DNA of 64,000 nt from a virus (lineage: Duplodnaviria; Caudoviricetes): IMG/VR virus record IMGVR_UViG_3300029288_000071, positions 64,001 to 128,000 of that record. The stretch is one strand, 5' to 3'. A program made the translations under genes and the position numbers. The notes below the pieces were generated by a model that had not been told where the DNA came from, searched no databases, and was given only the letters and a program-made list of their open reading frames with translations. Each line of letters opens with the position of its first letter. The first letter of the stretch is position 1. This document shows, in pieces, positions 14,483 to 24,453 of the stretch.

Positions 14483-14899
14483 TTAAGCTGTATGTTTAAG
14501 CCAAAATGCAGTAGGTGTTCCAGCTGGTTGAACAGGTTCTTCATTTGTTGCAGTAAAAGTTGTTGAACCAGAATCAGCTTGTTTTCCATTATCACCTATA
14601 GTTCTTACAAATAGAACAACTTCAGAATCAGTAGGAAGATCTATATCAATCTCTGATTGACTAGAAGACATATCTGCTCCAAATTGAGCTGGTGTAGCTC
14701 CATTGAGCCCTACAAAAAGTTGTTGTTTGTCTACAAAAGTAGTTGTTGACAAAGTCCAAGAAATTCTATATTGTTCCATATTTTCTTTCTTACGTAAATA
14801 AGTAGCTTTTAAATTGGTTATTGGAGCTACTTTTCTGTTCTTTTTCCATAGATAATAAGCTAGAGCAGCAAGTAAAACTATTATTAAAATTATCCACAC
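14483..14899 (-). CDS. Membrane-anchored Ig/FN3-like protein
   Basis: N-terminal TM; ISW...LFVRTIGDNG. Confidence 0.5.
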   Translation of the reverse strand: MWIILIIVLLAALAYYLWKKNRKVAPITNLKATYLRKKENMEQYRISWTLSTTTFVDKQQLFVGLNGATPAQFGADMSSSQSEIDIDLPTDSEVVLFVRTIGDNGKQADSGSTTFTATNEEPVQPAGTPTAFWLKHTA

Positions 14900-14922
14900 A
14901 GCTTCTCCTTACTTATTAATTG

Positions 14923-14998
14923 CGCATCCAAAGAGAATCGAACTCTTCCATCTGGTTTTGGAGACCGGATCGCCTTTATCCTTGGAACATGTGGATGC
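14923..14998 (-). tRNA. tRNA-Trp(CCA)
   Basis: CCGGT-CTCCAAA-ACCAG. Confidence 0.8.
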
Positions 14999-15186
14999 AT
15001 TAAAGGGCTACTTTTGCTAAATCAACGATTTCCTGTAGCCCTTTAGCTTTTATAAAGCTATTTTATGTTTGGAAATTCGAGGAAAGTTTTTATCTTTTGG
15101 ATAAAAGTTTAATGAAGTGAATAAATATCATTCATTTCAGCTATTATCCTATAGGAAGCTTTCAAACCTTGAGTACTTGACTGCTA

Positions 15187-15660
15187 TTATGTTATTTCAA
15201 TTAATTTAGTTTTAGAAATTGGTTCTATTTTCTTTTTATTAATAGTTACTATTAGTAATCCATCTTTTACATTTGCTATAATTGAATTTTCATCAAGATC
15301 TTCAGATAAGGTAAAAGCTCTAGAAAAAGCAGAAGAATGAATTTCTTTTCTTAAAACTTTTCCTGTAGATTCAGAAGAACTTTGATTTTTTTCACCTGAA
15401 ATAACTAAATATTTTGTTCCTGCTTCATCAGGAGTTATTTCAATTTTCAAGTTTTCTTTTTTCAAACCTGGAACTGTTGCAGTTATTTCAAGTTTTGAAG
15501 GATATTCTTGAATATCTACTTTTGGAAAACTTCCTTTTGTACTTTGAACTGGACTATTGAAAAAATCATCAATATTTTGGTTCCATAAAACATTGAATAT
15601 ATCTTCAAATGAACCTTTGATTAAATTTGGATATTGTCTTTTTATAATTGATTGAGTCAT
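15187..15660 (-). CDS. Hsp20/alpha-crystallin small heat shock protein
   Basis: FPKVDI, VPGLKKE, FSRAFTL, ANVKDGLLIV. Confidence 0.9.
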   Translation of the reverse strand: MTQSIIKRQYPNLIKGSFEDIFNVLWNQNIDDFFNSPVQSTKGSFPKVDIQEYPSKLEITATVPGLKKENLKIEITPDEAGTKYLVISGEKNQSSSESTGKVLRKEIHSSAFSRAFTLSEDLDENSIIANVKDGLLIVTINKKKIEPISKTKLIEIT

Positions 15661-15834
15661 GATAGATCTCCGTAAATAGCAGTCCCTGAGGATGGTATAT
15701 TTAGAATATACTTATGATAGCACTTTATAGGCGCCGTCACATCTTGCTCAGGATTTACCTGCTGAGTTGCTAAATAGCTAACTCATGTTTATTATATGTC
15801 AAAGAACCTTTAAGAGCAACATTCTAGCGAAATG

Positions 15835-16263
15835 TGGACCTGTGCGGATTCGAACCGCAGTGTTACTATAATTAAATCTGAATTTCTACAAGTTTATCTA
15901 ATTTTCCAGTGCGAAATTTGAGCTCGCAAAAATGTCTGGTACAAATTTGATATAGCAGAAAAATTAGAAAACTTACTATATCTCATCAAGTAATTTTTTA
16001 ATGAAGATCACTTGATAAGAACTTCAGACCTGAAACCAATTGCCGAGGACACCAGTTAGTCTACAAATTTTCGAAGTGGCTAACAACTACGTTACTAAAG
16101 CTTTTTAGGCTAAAGCAAATTCATTTTGAGAAACAAAAGCTAAAGCATCCTCAAAAGTGAAGGCAGATTTTTGTTCTGCATTTATGTTTTTAGATAAGTT
16201 TAAAGAGCTTCAAGCTCTACTTGCTATTCAGTTCGCTTATAATAGTCGATACCTTTCAGGCCC
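15835..16263 (-). ncRNA. ssrA: tmRNA
   Basis: 5' GGGCCTGAAAGGTATCGAC; 3' GCGGTTCGAATCCGCACAGGTCCA; G3:U70; resume site ATAAAT-GCA; tag AEQKSAFTFEDALAFVSQNEFALA (16179-16105). Confidence 0.9.
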
Positions 16264-16515
16264 TCCAAAAACTTAATAATTAGTGGGTTCTTTTATAGAA
16301 TATTCTTGAATCAAATTTGTGCATCCATTAATAACAAGTGATAAAACCTGGATTGCAAATCTAGCTGGTTTATTGCAAGTGTTGTTTCTAATATAAGCAA
16401 TTATTCCATTTGCTAATGCTGCAATTTCTGCAGGCTCTACGTTTTGTGGCATTTCTATTCTCGTTAATTTGTTTGACCGGTCAAGACTCTAATAATCAAT
16501 TTCATTTCTTATATA

Positions 16516-16544
16516 AATATAATTCAAATTCAAATTAAAGTAAA
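16516..16544 (-). promoter_or_regulatory. Promoter TTTACT-N17-TATATT
   Basis: Matches the repeated consensus. Confidence 0.7.
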
Positions 16545-16554
16545 CAAAAATTTT

Positions 16555-17127
16555 CTATTCTTCAATATACCAAGCTTCTATTTCTTTTGATTTGATCAGA
16601 GCTACAATCTTTTCAGCTTCTTCTAAAGTTACTTTACTCTTAGACTTAACAGCTAAAGTAGTTTCTTGACCTTCATATGGGAAAGCATATTTTCCAAATT
16701 CAATGGGTGAAAAAGAATTTACATAACTGGATCTGCCAAATTTTGTATTATCTTCAAAATAAACTCTATATTTTGTAGCATTTTTTAGAATTTGAGCTTC
16801 TTGTTGCTCTTTTTCTTTCTTCTCTTTCCATCTCTTTTGATTAATTGTAGTTTGTTCTGGATTATCTCTAGAAAATAGATAACAAGCAGAACACATACCA
16901 AAAGATTTCCACATTAACTCTTCATGAGGAGATGATTGCATACAAGTTCCTTTATTTTCAGTGCCTCTAATTTCGTCACATCTAGGACAAAAGAATGGAA
17001 TCTTACCACTAAAAGGAGCTTTAATTTCAACTTCTGCTTCTTGAAGATTTTCACCGGGTCTAGGTAAAACTATACCCATTTTCTTAATAATTTCTAAGTA
17101 GTCTTCTGGTTTTTCTGTTTTTGACAT
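16555..17127 (-). CDS. Zn-binding hypothetical protein
   Basis: PFFCPRC...GMCSAC. Confidence 0.6.
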   Translation of the reverse strand: MSKTEKPEDYLEIIKKMGIVLPRPGENLQEAEVEIKAPFSGKIPFFCPRCDEIRGTENKGTCMQSSPHEELMWKSFGMCSACYLFSRDNPEQTTINQKRWKEKKEKEQQEAQILKNATKYRVYFEDNTKFGRSSYVNSFSPIEFGKYAFPYEGQETTLAVKSKSKVTLEEAEKIVALIKSKEIEAWYIEE

Positions 17128-17255
17128 TCTGGTTTTTGAACAACAAGATTTTTATGAATGATTTTCATGATACTATCATTACTATCTTCAACTTTAATAC
17201 CCTTTTGTTCTAAAATTTTTTTAATATCTGATTTTTTGATCATTCATTTTGTTTT

Positions 17256-17513
17256 CTAATATCCCATTTTACTTAGGAGTAAGCTCTCATATTCAGGTTC
17301 CTTTTGAATTCCTGTTTCTTGTAATAATTCTTCAGCATTAACAATTCTTGATAATCCACAATGAACACAAGATAAAGAAACTTTTCCTTTGAAAAATCCT
17401 TCATACTTCTTAGAATCACCCACTTCTTCAATTTCCCACTGATGAATTTCATTAGTTTCAGAACATTTACAAAACAAATTATGTTTGTTTGAAAAATCAA
17501 GTGAAAATATCAT
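17256..17513 (-). CDS. Zn-ribbon protein with LLSKMGY module
   Basis: CKC...CVHCG; ends SLLLSKMGY. Confidence 0.6.
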   Translation of the reverse strand: MIFSLDFSNKHNLFCKCSETNEIHQWEIEEVGDSKKYEGFFKGKVSLSCVHCGLSRIVNAEELLQETGIQKEPEYESLLLSKMGY

Positions 17514-18372
17514 TTTTATTTTTTTCTTTCATTTTAATAATTTCTTTTTTCTTACCTTTTCGAGAAATAACTTCTACAGTAAACCCTCTTTTTATCCAAT
17601 GATTTCTCAAAACTTCAGGATTAATGTATGCTTTTTTAGCAATTCCCGGAGTATTTCCTAATACTTTAGATACATTGACTACAATTTCTTTAACTTCTGA
17701 ACTTACATCTTTTTTCTTAAAATTATTTTCTCTTACTTTTAATTGATTCAAAATAGCTTTTGATAATTTTGCAGCTTCTACATTAGCTCTAAAAGCTCTA
17801 AAATCTTTGGGAGAAAAACCAAAACCAATTGATCTTTTTACTAATCGATTAACTTCAATTTTTGTAATTTCTTTTCCATTGATAGTCAACCAACGGTCAA
17901 AACCTTGATCAAAAAATTGCTTTCCTACTTCAATAAGAAAAGGATCAGAAACTGTAATAAGTTGATCAACTGATTTCTTTCCAACAAAACTAAGAATCAT
18001 TTTAGAAGGATTTGCTAAATCAACTTTTCCATTAATATCATAAAAACCTACATGATTTCGAAGTAAAGTAGTTAATCCATAAGTCTGGACAGTTTGACCT
18101 TCAGTTTTCTTTGCTTTAGAAACATAACCTTCAGCACTATCTTCATTTCCAACTCTAATTCCTGTTTCAATCATCATAAGAACTGCAAAAGCACAAGCTT
18201 TTCTTTCAGTGATCCCTTTAACAGAACAATATTCTCTAAGTTTAGAATCAATTTCAGAATAGTTTTGCTGAATTTTTGCTACTCTATTGAATTTTGCTAT
18301 TTCTTTGTCTCGACCCTTGAATCTCCCATTGGGATTTCCACCAAGATAAAGATTTTCTGTATTTTGCAGCAT
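17497..18372 (-). CDS. DNA topoisomerase IB catalytic core
   Basis: GIRVGNE, YGLTTL, FVGKK, SPKDFR, LGNTPGIAKKAYINP. Confidence 0.9.
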   Translation of the reverse strand: MLQNTENLYLGGNPNGRFKGRDKEIAKFNRVAKIQQNYSEIDSKLREYCSVKGITERKACAFAVLMMIETGIRVGNEDSAEGYVSKAKKTEGQTVQTYGLTTLLRNHVGFYDINGKVDLANPSKMILSFVGKKSVDQLITVSDPFLIEVGKQFFDQGFDRWLTINGKEITKIEVNRLVKRSIGFGFSPKDFRAFRANVEAAKLSKAILNQLKVRENNFKKKDVSSEVKEIVVNVSKVLGNTPGIAKKAYINPEVLRNHWIKRGFTVEVISRKGKKKEIIKMKEKNKNDIFT

Positions 18373-18403
18373 TCAAAATTCCTTTTTATAAATTGACTAT
18401 ACT

Positions 18404-18432
18404 AATATATCATTTAAACTTTACATAGTAAA
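18404..18432 (-). promoter_or_regulatory. Promoter TTTACT-N17-TATATT
   Basis: Matches the repeated consensus. Confidence 0.7.
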
Positions 18433-18436
18433 TATG

Positions 18437-18667
18437 CTACAAAAATTTACTTCTACGTCTTTCTCTTCTTTGTTCAGCTCTGAGCCTTGCTGCTGCTCTT
18501 AGGGACTTTTCTTTTCTGCGGACTGCAGGTCTTCGATATGCACAATGGTCTAAATATTCTTGTAGAACATTGCTTTCTTTGAGTTTCTTTTTTAATTTAG
18601 ATAGAGCTATTCCTAGCTCAGTAGGATCATTACCGTTTCTTAATTTTACTTGTGCTCTAATAGCCAC
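18437..18667 (-). CDS. rpsU: Ribosomal protein bS21
   Basis: ALSKLKKK...VLQEY...YRRPAVRRKEK, basic tail. Confidence 0.8.
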   Translation of the reverse strand: MAIRAQVKLRNGNDPTELGIALSKLKKKLKESNVLQEYLDHCAYRRPAVRRKEKSLRAAARLRAEQRRERRRSKFL

Positions 18668-18672
18668 TTGTT

Positions 18673-19125
18673 CTATTCCTGAACTTTCTTTTTTAGTATT
18701 TTTTCTTTTCCATCTTTCATCAAAACTTTCAATATATCATTTTTTGATTCTAAAACAAATACCTCTTGAACTTTACCAGATATTTTGACTTTTAAAGGTT
18801 TATTTTCAATTGTATGTTGTTCTTCAACAATGGGTTCTTTAACAGATATATTTACGGGAGTTTCTAAATCAATCGTTGAACTCCAAGGTTTAAAAAATTT
18901 TCCTTCAACTACAACTTCAATAGAAGCATCTAAAGTTTTTTCAGATTCAAAAATAGAATCTAATCGTGGAATTTCAAATGTAGCTTCTTTATCTTCTACT
19001 TGACCTTCAAACATAAGAGCTTTATTGCCTGACTTTAGAATAAGTCTTGGTTTTATTTTATCTTTTGTTCCTTCAACTTCAATTTGAAATTTGATTGTTT
19101 GATTTTCTTCTTTTTTGATTTTCAT
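18673..19125 (-). CDS. Hypothetical virion-region protein
   Basis: IEVVVEGKFFKPW. Confidence 0.55.
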   Translation of the reverse strand: MKIKKEENQTIKFQIEVEGTKDKIKPRLILKSGNKALMFEGQVEDKEATFEIPRLDSIFESEKTLDASIEVVVEGKFFKPWSSTIDLETPVNISVKEPIVEEQHTIENKPLKVKISGKVQEVFVLESKNDILKVLMKDGKEKILKKKVQE

Positions 19126-19134
19126 AATATTACT

Positions 19135-19413
19135 CTAAAATACCCATTCTTTTCTTCCTACTTTTACTAAAAATTTTACTTCTTTATTTTTAGGTTCTGT
19201 AACTCCGATAACTATGCGTTTAATGTTTTCAATTAATAATTTTTCATGAATAGAACGTTTTCCATCTTCATCTTCAATTAAAAATTTAATTGTTCTTTGC
19301 TGTTCTTGATTATATCTTACTCTATTTCTGCCACCTGAAGTACCTATAAAAGTTGATACTCTAAGATTAGAATCTGCAAACCAAGGTTGAGCAAAATAAA
19401 AAGTACCAAACAT
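19135..19413 (-). CDS. Hypothetical protein
   Basis: MFGTFYFAQPWFAD N-terminus. Confidence 0.55.
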   Translation of the reverse strand: MFGTFYFAQPWFADSNLRVSTFIGTSGGRNRVRYNQEQQRTIKFLIEDEDGKRSIHEKLLIENIKRIVIGVTEPKNKEVKFLVKVGRKEWVF

Positions 19414-19424
19414 AATAAATATCC

Positions 19425-20777
19425 TTATTCATAAATAATAGTTACAGGTATTCCAGAATTTACAATAGTAAGACCTGTGAAAAATGGACAACCATATTCT
19501 ATAACAGTTGGTTCTGTAGTTTTTGATGCAATATTTATTGTACTAATAATTGTTCCTGCTGATGTACTATTATCATAAGCTGTAATTGTTCCAACACTTG
19601 AAACATCCGCGCATATAATTCGATGAAGTCTTCCTGCTCCATATTTACATACTGAAGTTGCTGCAGTTGATGAAACATATTTATATCTACTTTCACTATC
19701 TAATTGTCCTAATCTTGAAATTGATGCAACTCTACAATTTAAAATATTATTTGCTGTAGTGCTTCCAGAATTTATACATTGTAATCCAATTTTTAAAGTT
19801 GGAGAATCTACTTGTGTGGTTGTATTTCCTGATATTTTATGTAAAAATTGTCCATCAATATAGTACCAAACTGATTTATTTGACCAAATTATTTCATAAG
19901 TATGTGCATTTATGTCAATTGAATATACAGAACCGTAATCACCACTAAAACTTGTCACAGGTGTATCAACAGTTCCTTTGCGTGAAACCAAACTTAATGT
20001 AGTTCCATTCCATTCAAAGAAGTAACCATAATTTGTATCAAAAGCACCCCATCGAGTAGTACAAGTGCCTGTTAAAGCAATAACTCGTGAAACACATCTA
20101 AAATAATTTGTTGAACCAGCAACATACCTTCCAGTAGCTACTGAAAACATTGATACAGTTCCATTTGCAGAAGTTCCTGTTTGAAGTGCTACATTGCCAC
20201 CAGTTTGTGAAACTGTACTTCCACTACCTGCAGTAGTAACAGTCCAAAAATTTGGATCAGGTGAACCTGAATTTCCAGAACCTTCAAAAGCTGCACCTAC
20301 TAATTTTACATGAGTAGTTGTTCTTAATTCATTAGTTGGAGTAGATTGTACTCCTGCCATAGGATCTTCTAAAAATTCATTTATACTAATTTTAAAATTT
20401 TGTTTTTGAGAAAGAGCTCTTGGAACTGCTTCTACTACTGGACATAATGCTGTTTGTAATCTAAAATATGTTGTAGCAGAACTACTAATATTTTTAACTC
20501 TTATACGAACATAAGAGTTTACTGCTTGAATTGTAGTACCAAATGGTTTTATAGTATAATAAGTGAAATTATCTGAAACATCCCAATTTATATTATCAGG
20601 AGATTGTTCTACCCAAACAGTACAATTTTGATCTGTTTTTAGTGAAACTTGAATTCCTACTATACCTAAAGTAGAAGTACCAATTCCAGTAAAAGATGAT
20701 AATGAATCTAAATTTGCAGATGAACTATTATTAGAATCTGCAATTACATTTTGTGTTATAGAAGAAAAATAACTCAT
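19425..20777 (-). CDS. Virion protein with lectin/ConA-like beta domain
   Basis: S/T/G-rich; HTYEIIW...YYIDG. Confidence 0.6.
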   Translation of the reverse strand: MSYFSSITQNVIADSNNSSSANLDSLSSFTGIGTSTLGIVGIQVSLKTDQNCTVWVEQSPDNINWDVSDNFTYYTIKPFGTTIQAVNSYVRIRVKNISSSATTYFRLQTALCPVVEAVPRALSQKQNFKISINEFLEDPMAGVQSTPTNELRTTTHVKLVGAAFEGSGNSGSPDPNFWTVTTAGSGSTVSQTGGNVALQTGTSANGTVSMFSVATGRYVAGSTNYFRCVSRVIALTGTCTTRWGAFDTNYGYFFEWNGTTLSLVSRKGTVDTPVTSFSGDYGSVYSIDINAHTYEIIWSNKSVWYYIDGQFLHKISGNTTTQVDSPTLKIGLQCINSGSTTANNILNCRVASISRLGQLDSESRYKYVSSTAATSVCKYGAGRLHRIICADVSSVGTITAYDNSTSAGTIISTINIASKTTEPTVIEYGCPFFTGLTIVNSGIPVTIIYE

Positions 20778-22312
20778 TAGATAATTCTCCAATTTATACC
20801 ATTACTAATAACGTGCATAGCACAATCCATTGGTATTGTTTGTGATGTTAAACTTTGTATTGTTTGACTTCCTGTAGCTTTTACAGTAATATTTCCTGTT
20901 GAAGCATTATCAATAATATAGTTCATTCCTTTTGCTGTTGCTGATGGTAAAGTTATAATTTTTTCTGAAGCAGTAACAGAAATAAAATAATCAGATGATG
21001 AAATAGAATAATTAGTATCAATAGCTGAAACTGTTAAAAATCTTGATAAATTTAAATATTGATTTGAATTAAAATGATAATATGCACCAACTTCTCCACC
21101 TTGAATATTTGCTAAATCATTGTGGTTTGTTACACTTCCTGCTTGAAAGCTTGTTGTAAAAGCACTATCAATTTTAACAGCATCTGCAACTCCTTGTTGA
21201 ACAATTATTCTTCCTATCAAAATACCTAATGCTGAAAAAATTAAAGGTACAGCCGGTATATCAGCAACTGCAGCTTCTGCTAATGAATTATATTGCGCTG
21301 TGTCAAAAATATAACCTACTACATTTCCTAGAAGTTGACTAGAAGAAACTTTTTTATAAATCCAAAGTGAAGTAAATTTATTATTGCCGAGTTCTAATTT
21401 TCCTGTAGCACCCTGATAAGCTGTATTGCTAAATTGAGTTACAATAGATGGACTCCAACTAACACCATTATAGACCCACTCTCTTAATGTACAACCACTG
21501 AGATTAGACTGAAAATCATTAAAACTTATTTCATTAGCTCCATACCAGATAGTACCAGCACTAACTTTTATGTATCTTGTTGTTTGCTCTGATAAAATTA
21601 GTCCTGATGCTCGACTAAATCTTTCTGTTTTTACAAATCTTCTATTTAATTTATTCGGTAAACCATTTGCTAATGTATCCCAAGAAAGATAGTCAACTGC
21701 AGTTCCTAATCTATAAAGTGTTAAAATAGGAATGATTGATGTATTATTAATAAATGATACATCTGTTATATTTTGAAGTATAGGTAAGCCATCATTATAG
21801 TTAGCAACAAGATAATTTGTTACATCATCTGTTGCTGTAAAAGAGCCACCTGATAAAGTGTATTGAACTACTAATCCAGTTGCACCTGAATTTGTATACA
21901 GATTATAAACACCTGAACCTACTGTATAAGATCCATTTATATTATCTAGAAAAGAAGGAAGTGTTTCTACACCAGCATTAACATAATCTAATTTACTTGT
22001 TATAGAATCTTCAATATCAGTAATAACTTTAGAAGTTATTGTTACTGCTGCAGCCATTCCTGGATTAATTTCTTGTGCTACTGATCCTTCTTGAGCTCTT
22101 AATACACTAAGAGTATTCCCAATTACTCCCATTACTCTTACTATTTCTGAATTTGTTGATAGAGGTAATGCAGTTGTAGGGTAAACCGTCATATTATATG
22201 GCGGAGTCAAATTAGGAGGAGCAACTACATCAAAACTAGTTCCAGAAAGTTTAGGAATTGGAGAAGTAACAACTGTTGTATAGCCAAAATTTATATGTTT
22301 ATCAAAAGACAT
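20777..22312 (-). CDS. Tail fibre or virion structural protein
   Basis: EIVRV...VLRAQEGS; HNDLANIQGG..YYH; ITLPSA...SNGINWRII. Confidence 0.65.
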   Translation of the reverse strand: MSFDKHINFGYTTVVTSPIPKLSGTSFDVVAPPNLTPPYNMTVYPTTALPLSTNSEIVRVMGVIGNTLSVLRAQEGSVAQEINPGMAAAVTITSKVITDIEDSITSKLDYVNAGVETLPSFLDNINGSYTVGSGVYNLYTNSGATGLVVQYTLSGGSFTATDDVTNYLVANYNDGLPILQNITDVSFINNTSIIPILTLYRLGTAVDYLSWDTLANGLPNKLNRRFVKTERFSRASGLILSEQTTRYIKVSAGTIWYGANEISFNDFQSNLSGCTLREWVYNGVSWSPSIVTQFSNTAYQGATGKLELGNNKFTSLWIYKKVSSSQLLGNVVGYIFDTAQYNSLAEAAVADIPAVPLIFSALGILIGRIIVQQGVADAVKIDSAFTTSFQAGSVTNHNDLANIQGGEVGAYYHFNSNQYLNLSRFLTVSAIDTNYSISSSDYFISVTASEKIITLPSATAKGMNYIIDNASTGNITVKATGSQTIQSLTSQTIPMDCAMHVISNGINWRII

Positions 22313-22315
22313 CTA

Positions 22316-24448
22316 TTAATCTTTCTTATTTTTTAACCAATTTTTTGCTTCTTTTGTAAGCTGAGATTCTCTTATTTTAATAGTTTTCTTTGAACCAGGA
22401 ATCTTTTGTAGAATATCTTTTTTAACAGAACTTGGAGATGTTTCTGGAATAACATAATTTTGTAAATCCATTTGTAGATGTTCTATTTCATTATCATTGT
22501 TATATCTACTATATTTTGGATTTTTATCAAGAAATTTTTTGATTTCCATATAAGTTAGATCAGTTGACTTGTAATGTTTTGCTAAATCAGCAACTACATC
22601 ACTAGAATCTCTGAATTTCATTTCTTTCAATCCCTTCTTAATAGTCATATTTGTGCTACTATCAGTCTGAAATTTCAATCCTTTAGGCAATTCAGCTTTA
22701 TCATTATTCTTCTTATCATCTTCTAACTGACATTCACAAGCATTAGCAGGCATTCCACATTTCTCACATTCTCTATTGATATTTGGGATCCCTGACATGC
22801 CTCCCATCCATTCTTTAACAATTTTTTTAATTTCTTTTATGTTCTTATTTTTAGAAAGAGCATATTTTCTAATTTTTTCTTGAACATCTTTATCTAATTC
22901 TGACCAAATTTTATCAGCATATTTATTTGATATGTTATAAGCAGCTGAATCTCCCAGATTTTTATAAACTGATCGAAGTAAATCTATTCTACCAAATTTA
23001 GAAATTCTATCCCATTCATCTTCAATATTAGCCATTTCAAACATTGCACCTGCTCTATAAGTAATTGGATCTCTAGTCATAGCAACTTTATTATAGATTT
23101 TTATAGCTATATCTTTAGGAACATTAAATTTTCTCATTGCTCCTGTAATCAAGTATTGCTTATCATCAAGTTGATCATAAGCTTGATCTATCCAAGCTTC
23201 TGCATCAGATGACCATTCATTCCCTGTGCCTTCTTTTAATCTATTTTTATGTTGTAAAGCTAAGGCAAGAGCTTGAGCAAAAAGATCAGGACTGCTTTTA
23301 GCTACACTTTCCCAACCATATCCTGTATCAGAAGCATGACTATATATTCTATCTAATTGTTTATCTAAATATTTGTCATTTTCTTGACACCAAGAACTTA
23401 CATCATTAACTAATTTAATCTGTTTTTTGCTGAATGTTGAAGCATTTTCTTTAACAGAATTCACTCTATTCTTATCATTCAAATTAGCTCTTTCTAATCT
23501 CAATACTGTAGCAATTTCAAACAATACATTATTTTTTCCTGCATATGTTATTAAAGCTTCTAAATCTCTTTCTTGCCATTTATCTAATGGAGTTTTAGCC
23601 ATTTGAGGTCTGTTAGAAGAATTAGCAATTTTTTCTTTATCAGGTTGTGGTAGTTGTTCCCACCACATTGCTAATTGTTTTAAGGCAGCTTCTGTTAATA
23701 CTTTTTTGTTTTCTTTTTTAAGATAAGATTGCATTTTTTCTTCTTTATCTTTAATTTGTTTTTCAATTTCTTGTAAGGTTTTTTCTTCTCTTTGAATCTT
23801 TTCTATTCTATCTTGAGGATAAAGATACATAGTAGCAATTTGAGACTTTAAAGTATTCTTTTTTGTTTTAAGATCTCTTATATCTCTAGCTAACTGAACT
23901 AATTCAGGACTAATATCTTCTTTCATTAATTTATTTTCTTTTTTAGGACTTACAAAATATAAATCTTGTGAATCTATAAAAAATTTATCTTTTTGTTTTG
24001 GATCAAATACATATACTTTTCCATGATAATTATCATTTTTAACTACTAATTTAATTCCATATTTGTCATAAAAAGTATCATCAATGTATATTGGTTCACC
24101 ATCTTTTGTTTTTAATGGTTTTGAATAATCAGTTTCTTCTTTCATGACTCCTTCTTTTATAGGAACGGTAACATAAATTGGCTTACCTTCTCTATTAAAA
24201 GCTAAATATAAAGTATTCCCAAATTTATCTTTCTTTGTTTTAGGTAATGAATTTTCTTTATACATAGACGCTTGACCCCAATTATAAAATGGACCATCTT
24301 TATATTTGTCTTTATTTCGATTGAATTCTTCTTTAGGAGTCTGAATTATTTCTCTATCCCAAGTTACAGCCCAAACATTTCCAGGTTTGAGTTCATCTCC
24401 CTGTTGAACTTTTTTTAGTAATGTCTTTTTTAATGCTTGATGTGCCAT
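22316..24448 (-). CDS. Putative internal head polyprotein
   Basis: Small domains separated by [LIVM]-x-E sites. Confidence 0.55.
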   Translation of the reverse strand: MAHQALKKTLLKKVQQGDELKPGNVWAVTWDREIIQTPKEEFNRNKDKYKDGPFYNWGQASMYKENSLPKTKKDKFGNTLYLAFNREGKPIYVTVPIKEGVMKEETDYSKPLKTKDGEPIYIDDTFYDKYGIKLVVKNDNYHGKVYVFDPKQKDKFFIDSQDLYFVSPKKENKLMKEDISPELVQLARDIRDLKTKKNTLKSQIATMYLYPQDRIEKIQREEKTLQEIEKQIKDKEEKMQSYLKKENKKVLTEAALKQLAMWWEQLPQPDKEKIANSSNRPQMAKTPLDKWQERDLEALITYAGKNNVLFEIATVLRLERANLNDKNRVNSVKENASTFSKKQIKLVNDVSSWCQENDKYLDKQLDRIYSHASDTGYGWESVAKSSPDLFAQALALALQHKNRLKEGTGNEWSSDAEAWIDQAYDQLDDKQYLITGAMRKFNVPKDIAIKIYNKVAMTRDPITYRAGAMFEMANIEDEWDRISKFGRIDLLRSVYKNLGDSAAYNISNKYADKIWSELDKDVQEKIRKYALSKNKNIKEIKKIVKEWMGGMSGIPNINRECEKCGMPANACECQLEDDKKNNDKAELPKGLKFQTDSSTNMTIKKGLKEMKFRDSSDVVADLAKHYKSTDLTYMEIKKFLDKNPKYSRYNNDNEIEHLQMDLQNYVIPETSPSSVKKDILQKIPGSKKTIKIRESQLTKEAKNWLKNKKD

Positions 24449-24453
24449 AATTT

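Noticed and set aside
15002-15044. AAAGGGCTAC/GTAGCCCTTT hairpin as an ncRNA
   Set aside because: A single stem that cannot be told apart from a terminator or processing stem
17273-17500. Alternative-frame 75-aa ORF
   Set aside because: Nested in 17256-17513, which has Zn ligands and the shared motif
17497-18372. Integrase
   Set aside because: YGLTTL, KDFR and GNTP..A...Y are TopIB signatures
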